DNA of 64,000 nucleotides from Woeseiaceae bacterium (GTDB taxonomy: Bacteria; Pseudomonadota; Gammaproteobacteria; Steroidobacterales; Woeseiaceae), in contig DAORAI010000005.1 of the NCBI GenBank assembly GCA_035344075.1, positions 1,509-65,508 on the forward strand. Reading direction: 5' to 3'. How positions within the stretch are numbered: the stretch's first letter is position 1; the number at the start of each line of letters is the position of its first letter. A program made the translations under genes and the position numbers. Shown here piece by piece: positions 55,466 to 63,676 of the stretch. Under the pieces are notes generated by a model, which made no database searches, was not told the DNA's origin, and saw nothing but the letters and a program-made list of their open reading frames with translations.

Positions 55466-56463
55466 AAAAGTCAGGAAAGGCCATGAAGGAAGAATCAACG
55501 AATCGTCGAATTGCAAGTCTGTCGCTGGACTTGGATAACCAGTGGTCTTACATGAAAACCCACGGCGACCCGGGCTGGAAAACATTTCCTTCATACCTGG
55601 ACTGGTCTGTGCCACGGATTCTGGAGTTCCTCAAGAAGCGCGACCAGAAAATTACGTTTTTCATCGTGGGCCAGGATGCTGCACAGGATTGCAATGCCGA
55701 TGCGATGCGGGCAATCAGCGAGGACAAGCACGAGATCGGAAATCACAGTTTTCATCATGAGCCCTGGTTACATACCTACTCCGAAGAGGAAATGGAAAAG
55801 GAACTTGAGCTGGCTGAACAAGCCATTGTCGGCGCAACAGGGCAGATGCCGCGCGGGTTCCGGGGGCCTGGATTCAGTCTATCGGATATCACACTGCGCA
55901 CGCTTTCGCGCCGCGGTTACAAGTATGATGCAACCGTTTTTCCCAACCTTCTGAATCCGCTGGCACGAGCCTATTTTTTTGCAACCAGCTCTCTGACCGC
56001 CGAGGAAAAGGAGCAAAGAAAGGAGCTCTTCGGAACATGGCGAGATGCACTTCGACCGGTGAAACCGTTTCAATGGGTTATTGACGATCAGGATTTGATG
56101 GAGTTGCCGGTTACTACCATGCCCTTGTTCAAGACACCGATACATCTGAGTTACATTCTGTTCGCGTCGCGGTACTCCCGCACTCTTGCAATGATGTATT
56201 TCCGGCTTGGACTGCTGATGTGCCGAATTACAGGAACTGCGCCGTCGCTTTTGCTGCATCCGCTGGATTTCATCGGTTGCGATGATGTTGGCGAGCTCGC
56301 ATTTTTCCCGGGAATGGACATGCTGGCGGCGGACAAAATGAGTATTGTTTCGCAAGTTCTTGACATACTGGAGGAGCATTTTGAGCCGGTGACTGTCGGT
56401 GAGCATATTGATGCACTTGATCCCCCATTTCGTCGACTTGAGCTCGAGGCGTCACGAGGCTGA
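55462..56463 (+). CDS. Polysaccharide deacetylase-family protein
   Basis: ATGA overlap with the upstream gene. 'ITFFIVGQDA', 'HEIGNHSFHHEPW', 'FRGPGFS'. Confidence 0.7.
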   Translation: MKKSGKAMKEESTNRRIASLSLDLDNQWSYMKTHGDPGWKTFPSYLDWSVPRILEFLKKRDQKITFFIVGQDAAQDCNADAMRAISEDKHEIGNHSFHHEPWLHTYSEEEMEKELELAEQAIVGATGQMPRGFRGPGFSLSDITLRTLSRRGYKYDATVFPNLLNPLARAYFFATSSLTAEEKEQRKELFGTWRDALRPVKPFQWVIDDQDLMELPVTTMPLFKTPIHLSYILFASRYSRTLAMMYFRLGLLMCRITGTAPSLLLHPLDFIGCDDVGELAFFPGMDMLAADKMSIVSQVLDILEEHFEPVTVGEHIDALDPPFRRLELEASRG

Positions 56464-56493
56464 AATCCAGAAAGTAGTTACAAGGTAGATAAT

Positions 56494-56784
56494 ATGCAGC
56501 AAGAAATCGTTGAATTGATCATTAAAACGGCAAAAGAGCTTGGTGACGAAGAGTTGTCGCTTTCGCAGGAGTTGAACGCAGACACTCAGCTCTTTGGAAA
56601 GGACGGTGTCCTCGACTCCATGGGCCTCGTAACGCTTATCATTGCGGTCGAGCAGGCGATTGAAGACCGATACGAGGTATCTGTTGCACTCGCCGACGAG
56701 AAGGCCCTGTCCCAAGCGCGGAGTCCGTATCGTTCAGTTACCCGACTTGCAGAGTACGCTGCAGGCCAGATGCAGGACACCTAG
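56494..56784 (+). CDS. Acyl/peptidyl carrier protein
   Basis: 96 aa with the phosphopantetheine-attachment motif 'GVLDSMGLVTLI'. Confidence 0.8.
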   Translation: MQQEIVELIIKTAKELGDEELSLSQELNADTQLFGKDGVLDSMGLVTLIIAVEQAIEDRYEVSVALADEKALSQARSPYRSVTRLAEYAAGQMQDT

Positions 56785-56787
56785 ACA

Positions 56788-57486
56788 ATGTCGGCACCTG
56801 TCACTCTGATAACCGGCACGCGCAAGGGAATCGGCCGCCACCTGGCTGAATACTATTGTGACCGTGGTCATATCGTATACGGATGCAGTCGTGGCGATCC
56901 CGGCTGGAGCAGGGAAAACTACAAGCATTTCGTTGCCGATGTTTCGAATGAAGGTGAAGTCAAGCCGATATTTTCTGCGATTCGACGTGAGCATGGGCGC
57001 CTGGACAACTTGCTGAACAACGCTGGCATCGCTTCCATGAATCACTCAATTCTTACACCGATGGACACGGTAAAGAAGATAATGGAAACCAACGTAATCG
57101 GCAGCTTCCTGTTCTGTCGAGAAGCGGCAAAGTTGATGAAGGCCAACAAGTACGGAAGGATAGTGAATTTCTCCACAGTTGCGGTGCCACTCAAGCTTGA
57201 GGGTGAAGCCGCGTACGTGGCTTCAAAATCGGCCGTCGAGGGTCTCACTAACGTCTTGTCTCGAGAGTTTGCAAGCTTCGGCGTTACCGTGAATGTAGTA
57301 GGTCCTGTTCCGATCGAGACAGACCTGATTCGTGCCGTGCCGAAAGAGAAGATCGAAGCACTGGTTGCTCGGCAGGCGATCAAGCGACTGGGCCAAATGG
57401 AGGACGTTGTTAACGTAGTCGATTTCTTTCTCAAGAGAGAAAGTGAGTTCATTACCGGCCAAAGCCTCTACCTCGGAGGCGTGTAG
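56788..57486 (+). CDS. Short-chain dehydrogenase/reductase (FabG-like)
   Basis: 'VTLITGTRKGIGRHLA', 'NNAGIA', 'YVASKSAVEGL'. Confidence 0.8.
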   Translation: MSAPVTLITGTRKGIGRHLAEYYCDRGHIVYGCSRGDPGWSRENYKHFVADVSNEGEVKPIFSAIRREHGRLDNLLNNAGIASMNHSILTPMDTVKKIMETNVIGSFLFCREAAKLMKANKYGRIVNFSTVAVPLKLEGEAAYVASKSAVEGLTNVLSREFASFGVTVNVVGPVPIETDLIRAVPKEKIEALVARQAIKRLGQMEDVVNVVDFFLKRESEFITGQSLYLGGV

Positions 57487-58829
57487 TGCATATTGAATTC
57501 CTGAGGCAAAAGTTTGCCGAGTCCAGCGGAGCCGATGCGCTTGTATGGCACAATCAAGTGTTCACGTATCAGCATCTGCTCGACGAAATCGACAATTGGT
57601 TTCGTATTCTCGATTCCGAGAAAATCGAGAAAGGATCGGTTGTCAGCATTGAGGCGGATTTTTCGCCACGCGCGATTGCACTGATGCTCGCATTGGTCGA
57701 TCGAAATTGCGTGATCGTACCGTTGAGCAGTTCAGTAGCGAATCAAATTCCCGAATTCCGCGAGATCGCGCAGGTTGAGGTTGTTATTTCATTTAGCGCC
57801 GACGATGTTCCCGATATTAGCCGGACAGGCAATACTGTAACCCACCCGGTCTTACTGGGGCTGAAGAACATTGAGCACCCGGGATTGATCTTGTTTTCCT
57901 CCGGGTCAACCGGAAAAAGCAAGGCGGCAGTGCACGACTTTGTGCCCATGTTGCAGAAGTACAAATTGCAACGTCATTCATTGCGCACGATTACTTTTCT
58001 TCTGTTCGATCATATCGGTGGTGTGAATACGCTGCTTTACAACCTGTCCAACGCGGGTTGTGTAATTACAGTTGCAGATCGAAGGCCGGAAACGGTGTGC
58101 GAAACGATCGACAAATACGGCGTCGAGTTGTTGCCTACGTCACCGACTTTTCTGAACCTGATGTTGATGAGTGGCGCGCTGGAGACGAGGAAGCTCGACA
58201 GCCTGAAGATGATTACGTACGGCACAGAGGTGATGCCGGAGAGCACCCTGGCGCGCATTCACGAGCTGCTGCCAAACGTGAAATTGTTGCAGACCTATGG
58301 CTTATCCGAAGTAGGCATACTCAGATCGAAGTCGAAATCGTCCGATTCGCTGTGGGTTCAGGTTGGCGGCGAAGGATTTGAGACGAGAATCGTGGACGGC
58401 CTTCTCGAGATTCGGGCGGAGTCTGCGATGCTTGGCTATCTGAATGCGCCAAGTCCGTTCACGGATGACGGATGGTTCAAAACAGGCGATGCGGTTGAGG
58501 TTGACGGCGAGTACATCAAAATACTTGGCCGCAAGTCTGAAATTATCAATGTCGGCGGTGAGAAGGTTTATCCGGCTGAGATTGAAAGCATATTGCAGAC
58601 GATGGATGGTGTTGTTGAGGTCGTTGTCAGCGCCGAGCCGCACCCGCTAACCGGCAATATCGTTGTCGCTCGCGTAAAACTGAGTTCGAACGAAGATCTT
58701 CCGCAATTTCGCAAGCGCATGCGCGAGTTTTGCTCGTCAAAGCTCGCGCGTTTCAAGGTTCCTCAAAAGGTTGAGCTGGTCGATCAGTCACTTCATGGGG
58801 AGCGCTTCAAGAAAATGAGGAAATTTTGA
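57486..58829 (+). CDS. AMP-forming adenylating enzyme (acyl/aminoacyl-carrier-protein ligase-like)
   Basis: GTG start overlaps the upstream TAG by 1 nt. 'ILFSSGSTGKSKAAVH', 'YGTEV', 'DGWFKTGD', 'ILGRKSEIINVGGEKVYPAEIE'. Short for the family (447 aa). Confidence 0.8.
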   Translation: MHIEFLRQKFAESSGADALVWHNQVFTYQHLLDEIDNWFRILDSEKIEKGSVVSIEADFSPRAIALMLALVDRNCVIVPLSSSVANQIPEFREIAQVEVVISFSADDVPDISRTGNTVTHPVLLGLKNIEHPGLILFSSGSTGKSKAAVHDFVPMLQKYKLQRHSLRTITFLLFDHIGGVNTLLYNLSNAGCVITVADRRPETVCETIDKYGVELLPTSPTFLNLMLMSGALETRKLDSLKMITYGTEVMPESTLARIHELLPNVKLLQTYGLSEVGILRSKSKSSDSLWVQVGGEGFETRIVDGLLEIRAESAMLGYLNAPSPFTDDGWFKTGDAVEVDGEYIKILGRKSEIINVGGEKVYPAEIESILQTMDGVVEVVVSAEPHPLTGNIVVARVKLSSNEDLPQFRKRMREFCSSKLARFKVPQKVELVDQSLHGERFKKMRKF

Positions 58830-59530
58830 GCGCGGTCGAGCACAACGGCCATGTGCATCAGATTCGGGAAATCGCGTACGACGATCAGGCCGATATGGAC
58901 AGAGTGGCGGACTTGCATATCGAGTTGCTCGGCTTCGGGCCCATGGCAGGATTGGGAAGGCGTTTTGTAAGAGATGCCTGCTATGCGAATAACATGCGGG
59001 ATGGGCAGCTCAAAGTCGCCGTCTATGAAATCGATGGAGTCATCGGTGGATTTGTTGCCTACACCGATCGGTCGATATCCTTTCATAGGACGTCACTAAA
59101 GAAGCATTGGCTGCGTACGGCGTTCACTCTTATTCGATCGCTAATTGAAGACCCACGGCGCATCGTGGCTCTCGTGCGCGCGTTAGCGGTATTGGGATCA
59201 CGACGTACCGAGCACGGTATCGTAGGCAATGACCCGATGGGGGAAGTCGTTTGTATAGCAGTGCAGAAGGAATATCTGAAAACAGAATATCGCTTGCCAA
59301 GCGGTCCGCGACCGGGGGAATCGCTGATTGCCTATGCCGCGCATCGTTTGACTGAGCTCGGCGTGCATGAAATGCGAATGCTCGTTGATGCTGACAACAA
59401 GGCGGTTTTGTTCCTGTATCGTGCGCTTGGGGCGAGATTTGAAAATTACCAGCAAGCGGGCGAACCTATGATCCAGGTCTGGTTTGAATTGCCCCTCGAA
59501 AAACAGGGGCTGGAAATCCCGTGGGCCTGA
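58826..59530 (+). CDS. GNAT-fold acyltransferase, putative
   Basis: 'GEVVCIAVQKEY...GESLIAYAAHRLTELGVHEMRMLVDADNKAVLFLYRALGARF' resembles GNAT motifs A and B. The TTG start is uncertain. Confidence 0.5.
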   Translation: MSAVEHNGHVHQIREIAYDDQADMDRVADLHIELLGFGPMAGLGRRFVRDACYANNMRDGQLKVAVYEIDGVIGGFVAYTDRSISFHRTSLKKHWLRTAFTLIRSLIEDPRRIVALVRALAVLGSRRTEHGIVGNDPMGEVVCIAVQKEYLKTEYRLPSGPRPGESLIAYAAHRLTELGVHEMRMLVDADNKAVLFLYRALGARFENYQQAGEPMIQVWFELPLEKQGLEIPWA

Positions 59531-60282
59531 CAAGAAGAGAAACAAAGGCAGAGGTCGTTTCGGCGGTGAACGATCAATCGGGTGACTATTGGCAATCCCA
59601 CTACGATTCAATGGCCCACCACGAGTCACTCGACTTGTTCGATGCGGAGTCCCGCGACTATTTTGCCAGATTGCAAAAGGCAATCGACCTCAGGGACTAT
59701 GAGCGAGTTCTGGACTTCGGTTGTGGTTTGGGTTTCGTCTCCGGACTGCTTGCGCCGAAAGTAGGCAGTTTGTTCTATTGGGACTATTCGGAAAACATGC
59801 TGGCAACGGCCAGGGTCAGGCTGGCCGGGTTTCCCAATGCGCAGGCTGTCGATCTTTCGCATCCCGGTGCGAGTGAGGACGACGCGAGGAGCCTCAACCT
59901 GATTGTTGTCAACAGCGTCATACAGTACATGTCCGAGGACGATCTCTCGACATGGCTCGCGGTGTGGAAAAGCATGTTGAAAGCAAACGGTGAACTGGTG
60001 ATATCTGATCTGATTCTGCCCGAACCGGCATTTTTGCGGGAGGTCGCCGATTCTCTGACATTCTCGGCGAGGCAGGGATTTCTAATCCGGACACTACTGA
60101 AGAACTTCGCACAATACGCGCGTTACCTTAAGGCAAGGCGGGATGCTCCCATGTCACGGTATTCGAAAGAACACTTCCTGAAACTCGCGGTTAGAGCCGG
60201 TTTTACAGTGGACTTCCTGGAGGAGAACCTGACGTACCGCACAAATCGGTACAGCGTAAAACTGAGTCCGATACCTGATTGA
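59521..60282 (+). CDS. Class I SAM-dependent methyltransferase
   Basis: Motif I 'RVLDFGCGLGFVSG', post-I 'YWDYSENM', motif II 'LIVVNSVIQYM'. Confidence 0.75.
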   Translation: MGLTRRETKAEVVSAVNDQSGDYWQSHYDSMAHHESLDLFDAESRDYFARLQKAIDLRDYERVLDFGCGLGFVSGLLAPKVGSLFYWDYSENMLATARVRLAGFPNAQAVDLSHPGASEDDARSLNLIVVNSVIQYMSEDDLSTWLAVWKSMLKANGELVISDLILPEPAFLREVADSLTFSARQGFLIRTLLKNFAQYARYLKARRDAPMSRYSKEHFLKLAVRAGFTVDFLEENLTYRTNRYSVKLSPIPD

Positions 60283-60286
60283 TGCG

Positions 60287-61429
60287 ATGCCTAGTCTCGA
60301 AACTTTCATAATCAGCGATGAAGACGGCTTTCAAGCCCTGGCCAATGACTGGAACAGGCTCGCGAGCCTGACAAATGCGGATTCAGTGTTCTTCCGGCAC
60401 GAATGGAGTGATGCCAGCTGGCAGTGGCTAAAACAGGAAGGATGTGAACTTTGTATAGTTTGCGTTCGCAGGGACGGCAACCTGATTGGGCTATGTCCGC
60501 TCGTTCGTCGTCGCATCACGCTGGCGGGCATTCGGATGCGAAAGTTGAGTTCCCTCGCTGTGCCGGATAACCAGGAGTTCAGTTTGCTCGCCGATCCGCA
60601 GGATGTGGAATGTGTTGCGGCTGCCCTGTTCTCTGCCTTAAGAAACGGCACCGTGCAGTGGGATTTATTGGATTTCGAAAAGCTGCCCTGTGAGCTGCCG
60701 TCAACAAAAGCGCTGTTGAATGCCGCGTCTGAATCTCGCTACGCGATTCAGGAAACGCTGAGACATGCGAATCCGGGCATTGACTTGAGGGGTGGATGGG
60801 ACGCCTACTACGGCCGCCGCTCCAGACGACTCAAGAAAGGCAACAACCTGGTCAGAAATCGCCTGGAACGTGACGGCAAAGTCGTCGAGATTCAGTGCAT
60901 TGATTCATCCAATGACGATCTCGACCTGCAGTCTCTACTCAGGGTTCTGGAGGATATTTCGGCGCGTAGCTGGAAGTCCGTCACCGGGCTGACACTGGAC
61001 AATCCGGGTCCCGGTGCATTTCTCGCGCGGTTAAGTGAATTGGCAAGCAGAAACGCCTGGTTGCTTGTCTGGCTTTTGTTGATCGACCAAAAACCAGTAG
61101 CGATGGAGTATCAATTGGAATTCAATGGCGTGGTATCGGGATTGCGCGCGGACTTTGATGATGAGTACAGCGACTCCTCGCCCGGAACACTGCTGAACTG
61201 GCGAATAATCGAGCAATTATTCGGGCGCGACGCCTCCTATTACGCGCTCGGCCCTGGCTCCAATGCTTACAAGGCCCGGTGGGTTGAGGAGTCCCGGGAA
61301 CTCGTTGATGTGGTCATTTACGGGAATTCGCTACGCGCTAACGCCGTCCGGACACTCCAGCTTTACGTAAAACCGTTCGTCAAGCGAATCCTTGGGAAAA
61401 ACGGCGCTTCGAGCCGCGAAGACGACTGA
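60287..61429 (+). CDS. CelD/BcsL/FemAB-like acyltransferase-fold protein
   Basis: 380 aa. 'FFRHEWSDASWQWL', '...LLVWLLLIDQKPVAMEYQLEFNGVVSGLRADFDDEYSDSSPGTLLNW...' fits the CelD-type GNAT-related domain as I recall it. Confidence 0.55.
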   Translation: MPSLETFIISDEDGFQALANDWNRLASLTNADSVFFRHEWSDASWQWLKQEGCELCIVCVRRDGNLIGLCPLVRRRITLAGIRMRKLSSLAVPDNQEFSLLADPQDVECVAAALFSALRNGTVQWDLLDFEKLPCELPSTKALLNAASESRYAIQETLRHANPGIDLRGGWDAYYGRRSRRLKKGNNLVRNRLERDGKVVEIQCIDSSNDDLDLQSLLRVLEDISARSWKSVTGLTLDNPGPGAFLARLSELASRNAWLLVWLLLIDQKPVAMEYQLEFNGVVSGLRADFDDEYSDSSPGTLLNWRIIEQLFGRDASYYALGPGSNAYKARWVEESRELVDVVIYGNSLRANAVRTLQLYVKPFVKRILGKNGASSREDD

Positions 61430-61580
61430 TTCGGAACAAAATCGTGCGACATGTCCTACTTTCCGGGCTGCGAGTTGCTATTGTGGCGGGAATGTCTTGT
61501 CGCCATAGACAAGGTGAAGCGACAATTGGACGTGTCGGTGTAGATCCTTAACTTTTCGAATAAAACGGTCGGTGAGCACA

Positions 61581-63644
61581 ATGTGGAGATATCATCATCG
61601 GAGCAATGGTTCTGGCCTGATTGTCAGTAAGTTTCTGATATTGTTTGTTTTTCTGGCTTCGTCGCTGGCGAATGCTTCGTCTCTGCGGTATTTCGGCAAT
61701 GGCACCAACGACATCGATAGAGTCAAAATCCGTATTGATGACCCGGCCAACAATGCCCCCGGCCCGCCTGCTGATATTGGCGCCAGTGATTTCACGATCG
61801 AACTGTGGCTCAAGGCAGCCTCGGGCAACAACGCCGGCGCTGTTTCCTGTGGTTTCAACTACAGCTGGATCAACGGCAACGTTGTCGTCGACAGAGATCG
61901 CTTTAACCAGGGACGTACCTTTGGTGTCTCGCTTGGCGCAGGTCGAGTTGCGTTTGCGGTGCAGAATGCGTCAAACGAGTCGCGGACTCTTTGCGGGTCG
62001 ACAGACTTGCGGGATGGTGCCTGGCATCATGTGGCCGTGCAGCGCCGGCGCAGCGATGGGTTCATGTCGGTCTACGTTGATGGCGCACTGGAAGCCTCCG
62101 GTGATGGTCCGGATGGCGATGTGTCGTATCCTGACAATGGGGTACCAACAAACGATTGCGGCGGGCCATGTACCGGCAGTGATCCGTTTCTCGTCATCGG
62201 CGCCGAAAAACACGATGCGGCACCGCAGTACCCGTCATTTTCCGGTTGGGTAGACGAGCTTCGATTGTCCAGTTCCTTGCGTTACTCAGCGAACTTCGCC
62301 CCGGCACAACAGGCATTTGTCGCGGACGCCAATACAGCGGCGCTGTACCATTTCGATGAAGGCAGTGGTGATGTGATTAACGACTCATCCTCTGCCGGTC
62401 AAAGCCCCGGCGAGCGACGATTTGGTGGCAATCCTGCCGGCCCGGCCTGGAGCGCCGATACCCCGTTTTCCGGAGGCGGCGGCGCCGGCACACTCCGCCT
62501 GTCTTCGGCTGCATACTCTGTTGCGGAAGATAGCGGCACGGCGACAATAACGGTCAATCGGACGGGTGGCGCCAGTGGCCAGGTGAGTGTCGACTTTGCA
62601 ACCAGCGACGGCACCGCGACTGCCGGTGCCGACTACCAGGCGGCGATGGGAACCCTTAGCTGGCCGGATCTCGACTCCACCAACAAGTCATTTTCCGTCG
62701 CGATAACAGACGATTTCGATAACGAGGGCGATGAGACGATCGACATAGCGTTGTCGAACGTGTCCGGCAATGCAGTGCTCGGATCTCCAACGGCTGCGGT
62801 GCTGACGATTTCGGACAACGATGTTCCGAATGCCGGAAGCGTGGGTCTGTCGTCAAGCGGCTATTCTACGGGCGAAGGCACCGCGGCGACGATAACGTTG
62901 ACACGCATTGGTGGCAGTGATGGTGTGGCATCCGTCGACTACGCAACCGCAGACGGCAGTGCAACGGCGGGCGCGGACTATCAACCGGCGCTCGGTACTG
63001 TCAATTGGCCGGATGGCGATTCGGCTAACAAAACCTTCTCGGTGACGGTCAACGATGATTCGGAGCTGGAAGGCGATGAAACCGTCAGCATCAGTTTGCA
63101 GAACGTGACCGGCGCGGCCGCGGGAAGCCCACTGACGGCCGTACTGACAATCGTTGACGACGAGGTGGCGGCCCAGGGGTCGGCGCAGTTTGCGGCAAAC
63201 GCTTATACGGTCAACGAAAATATCGCGACAGTGGCCATCGTTGTTACTCGTGAGGGCGGTACCGATGGTGCGGTGACAGTGGACTACGCAACTCAATCAG
63301 CGAGCGCTGTTTCCGGGACGGACTTTCAGGCTGCGAATGGCGTGCTGTCCTGGACCGACGGGGACGGAACGCAAAAGACAGTCAACGTGACGATCATCGA
63401 TGACGCAGGCGACGAAAATAACGAAACGTTTACGGTGTCTCTAAGCAATCCGACTGGCGGCTTACAACTTGGCAATTTCGATACGACGACCGTCACTGTA
63501 GTTGATAACGATGACGCGCCGCCACCGCCGCCTCCCAGTCGCGGTGGCGGTGGCGGATCGACCGGGTTCTTTTTCCTGTTGAGCATACTTGCGGGCACAT
63601 TCATTCGCATGCATAGGCGATTCAGGTCCGCGATCACATTGTAA
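61581..63644 (+). CDS. Secreted LamG-like (concanavalin-type) domain + four Calx-beta domains + GlyGly-CTERM-like tail
   Basis: Signal peptide '...FLILFVFLASSLANA'. LamG-type 'DFTIELWLKA...GAWHHVAVQRR..G..SVYVDG....FSGWVDELRLS'. Four repeats of '...Y.V.E..G.A.I.V.R.GG..G..SVDYAT.DGSATAG.DY....G...W.DGD...K.F.V.I.DD...EG.ET...L'. The tail is 'GGGGGSTGFFFLLSILAGTFIRMHRRFR'. Confidence 0.85.
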   Translation: MWRYHHRSNGSGLIVSKFLILFVFLASSLANASSLRYFGNGTNDIDRVKIRIDDPANNAPGPPADIGASDFTIELWLKAASGNNAGAVSCGFNYSWINGNVVVDRDRFNQGRTFGVSLGAGRVAFAVQNASNESRTLCGSTDLRDGAWHHVAVQRRRSDGFMSVYVDGALEASGDGPDGDVSYPDNGVPTNDCGGPCTGSDPFLVIGAEKHDAAPQYPSFSGWVDELRLSSSLRYSANFAPAQQAFVADANTAALYHFDEGSGDVINDSSSAGQSPGERRFGGNPAGPAWSADTPFSGGGGAGTLRLSSAAYSVAEDSGTATITVNRTGGASGQVSVDFATSDGTATAGADYQAAMGTLSWPDLDSTNKSFSVAITDDFDNEGDETIDIALSNVSGNAVLGSPTAAVLTISDNDVPNAGSVGLSSSGYSTGEGTAATITLTRIGGSDGVASVDYATADGSATAGADYQPALGTVNWPDGDSANKTFSVTVNDDSELEGDETVSISLQNVTGAAAGSPLTAVLTIVDDEVAAQGSAQFAANAYTVNENIATVAIVVTREGGTDGAVTVDYATQSASAVSGTDFQAANGVLSWTDGDGTQKTVNVTIIDDAGDENNETFTVSLSNPTGGLQLGNFDTTTVTVVDNDDAPPPPPPSRGGGGGSTGFFFLLSILAGTFIRMHRRFRSAITL
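63543..63644 (+). other. GlyGly-CTERM-like sorting tail
   Basis: A G5 run after a P6 linker, then hydrophobic 'TGFFFLLSILAGTFI', then basic 'RMHRRFR'. Confidence 0.65.
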
Positions 63645-63676
63645 TGTCGACGCGGCAATCCGTCGCGGCACTAACG

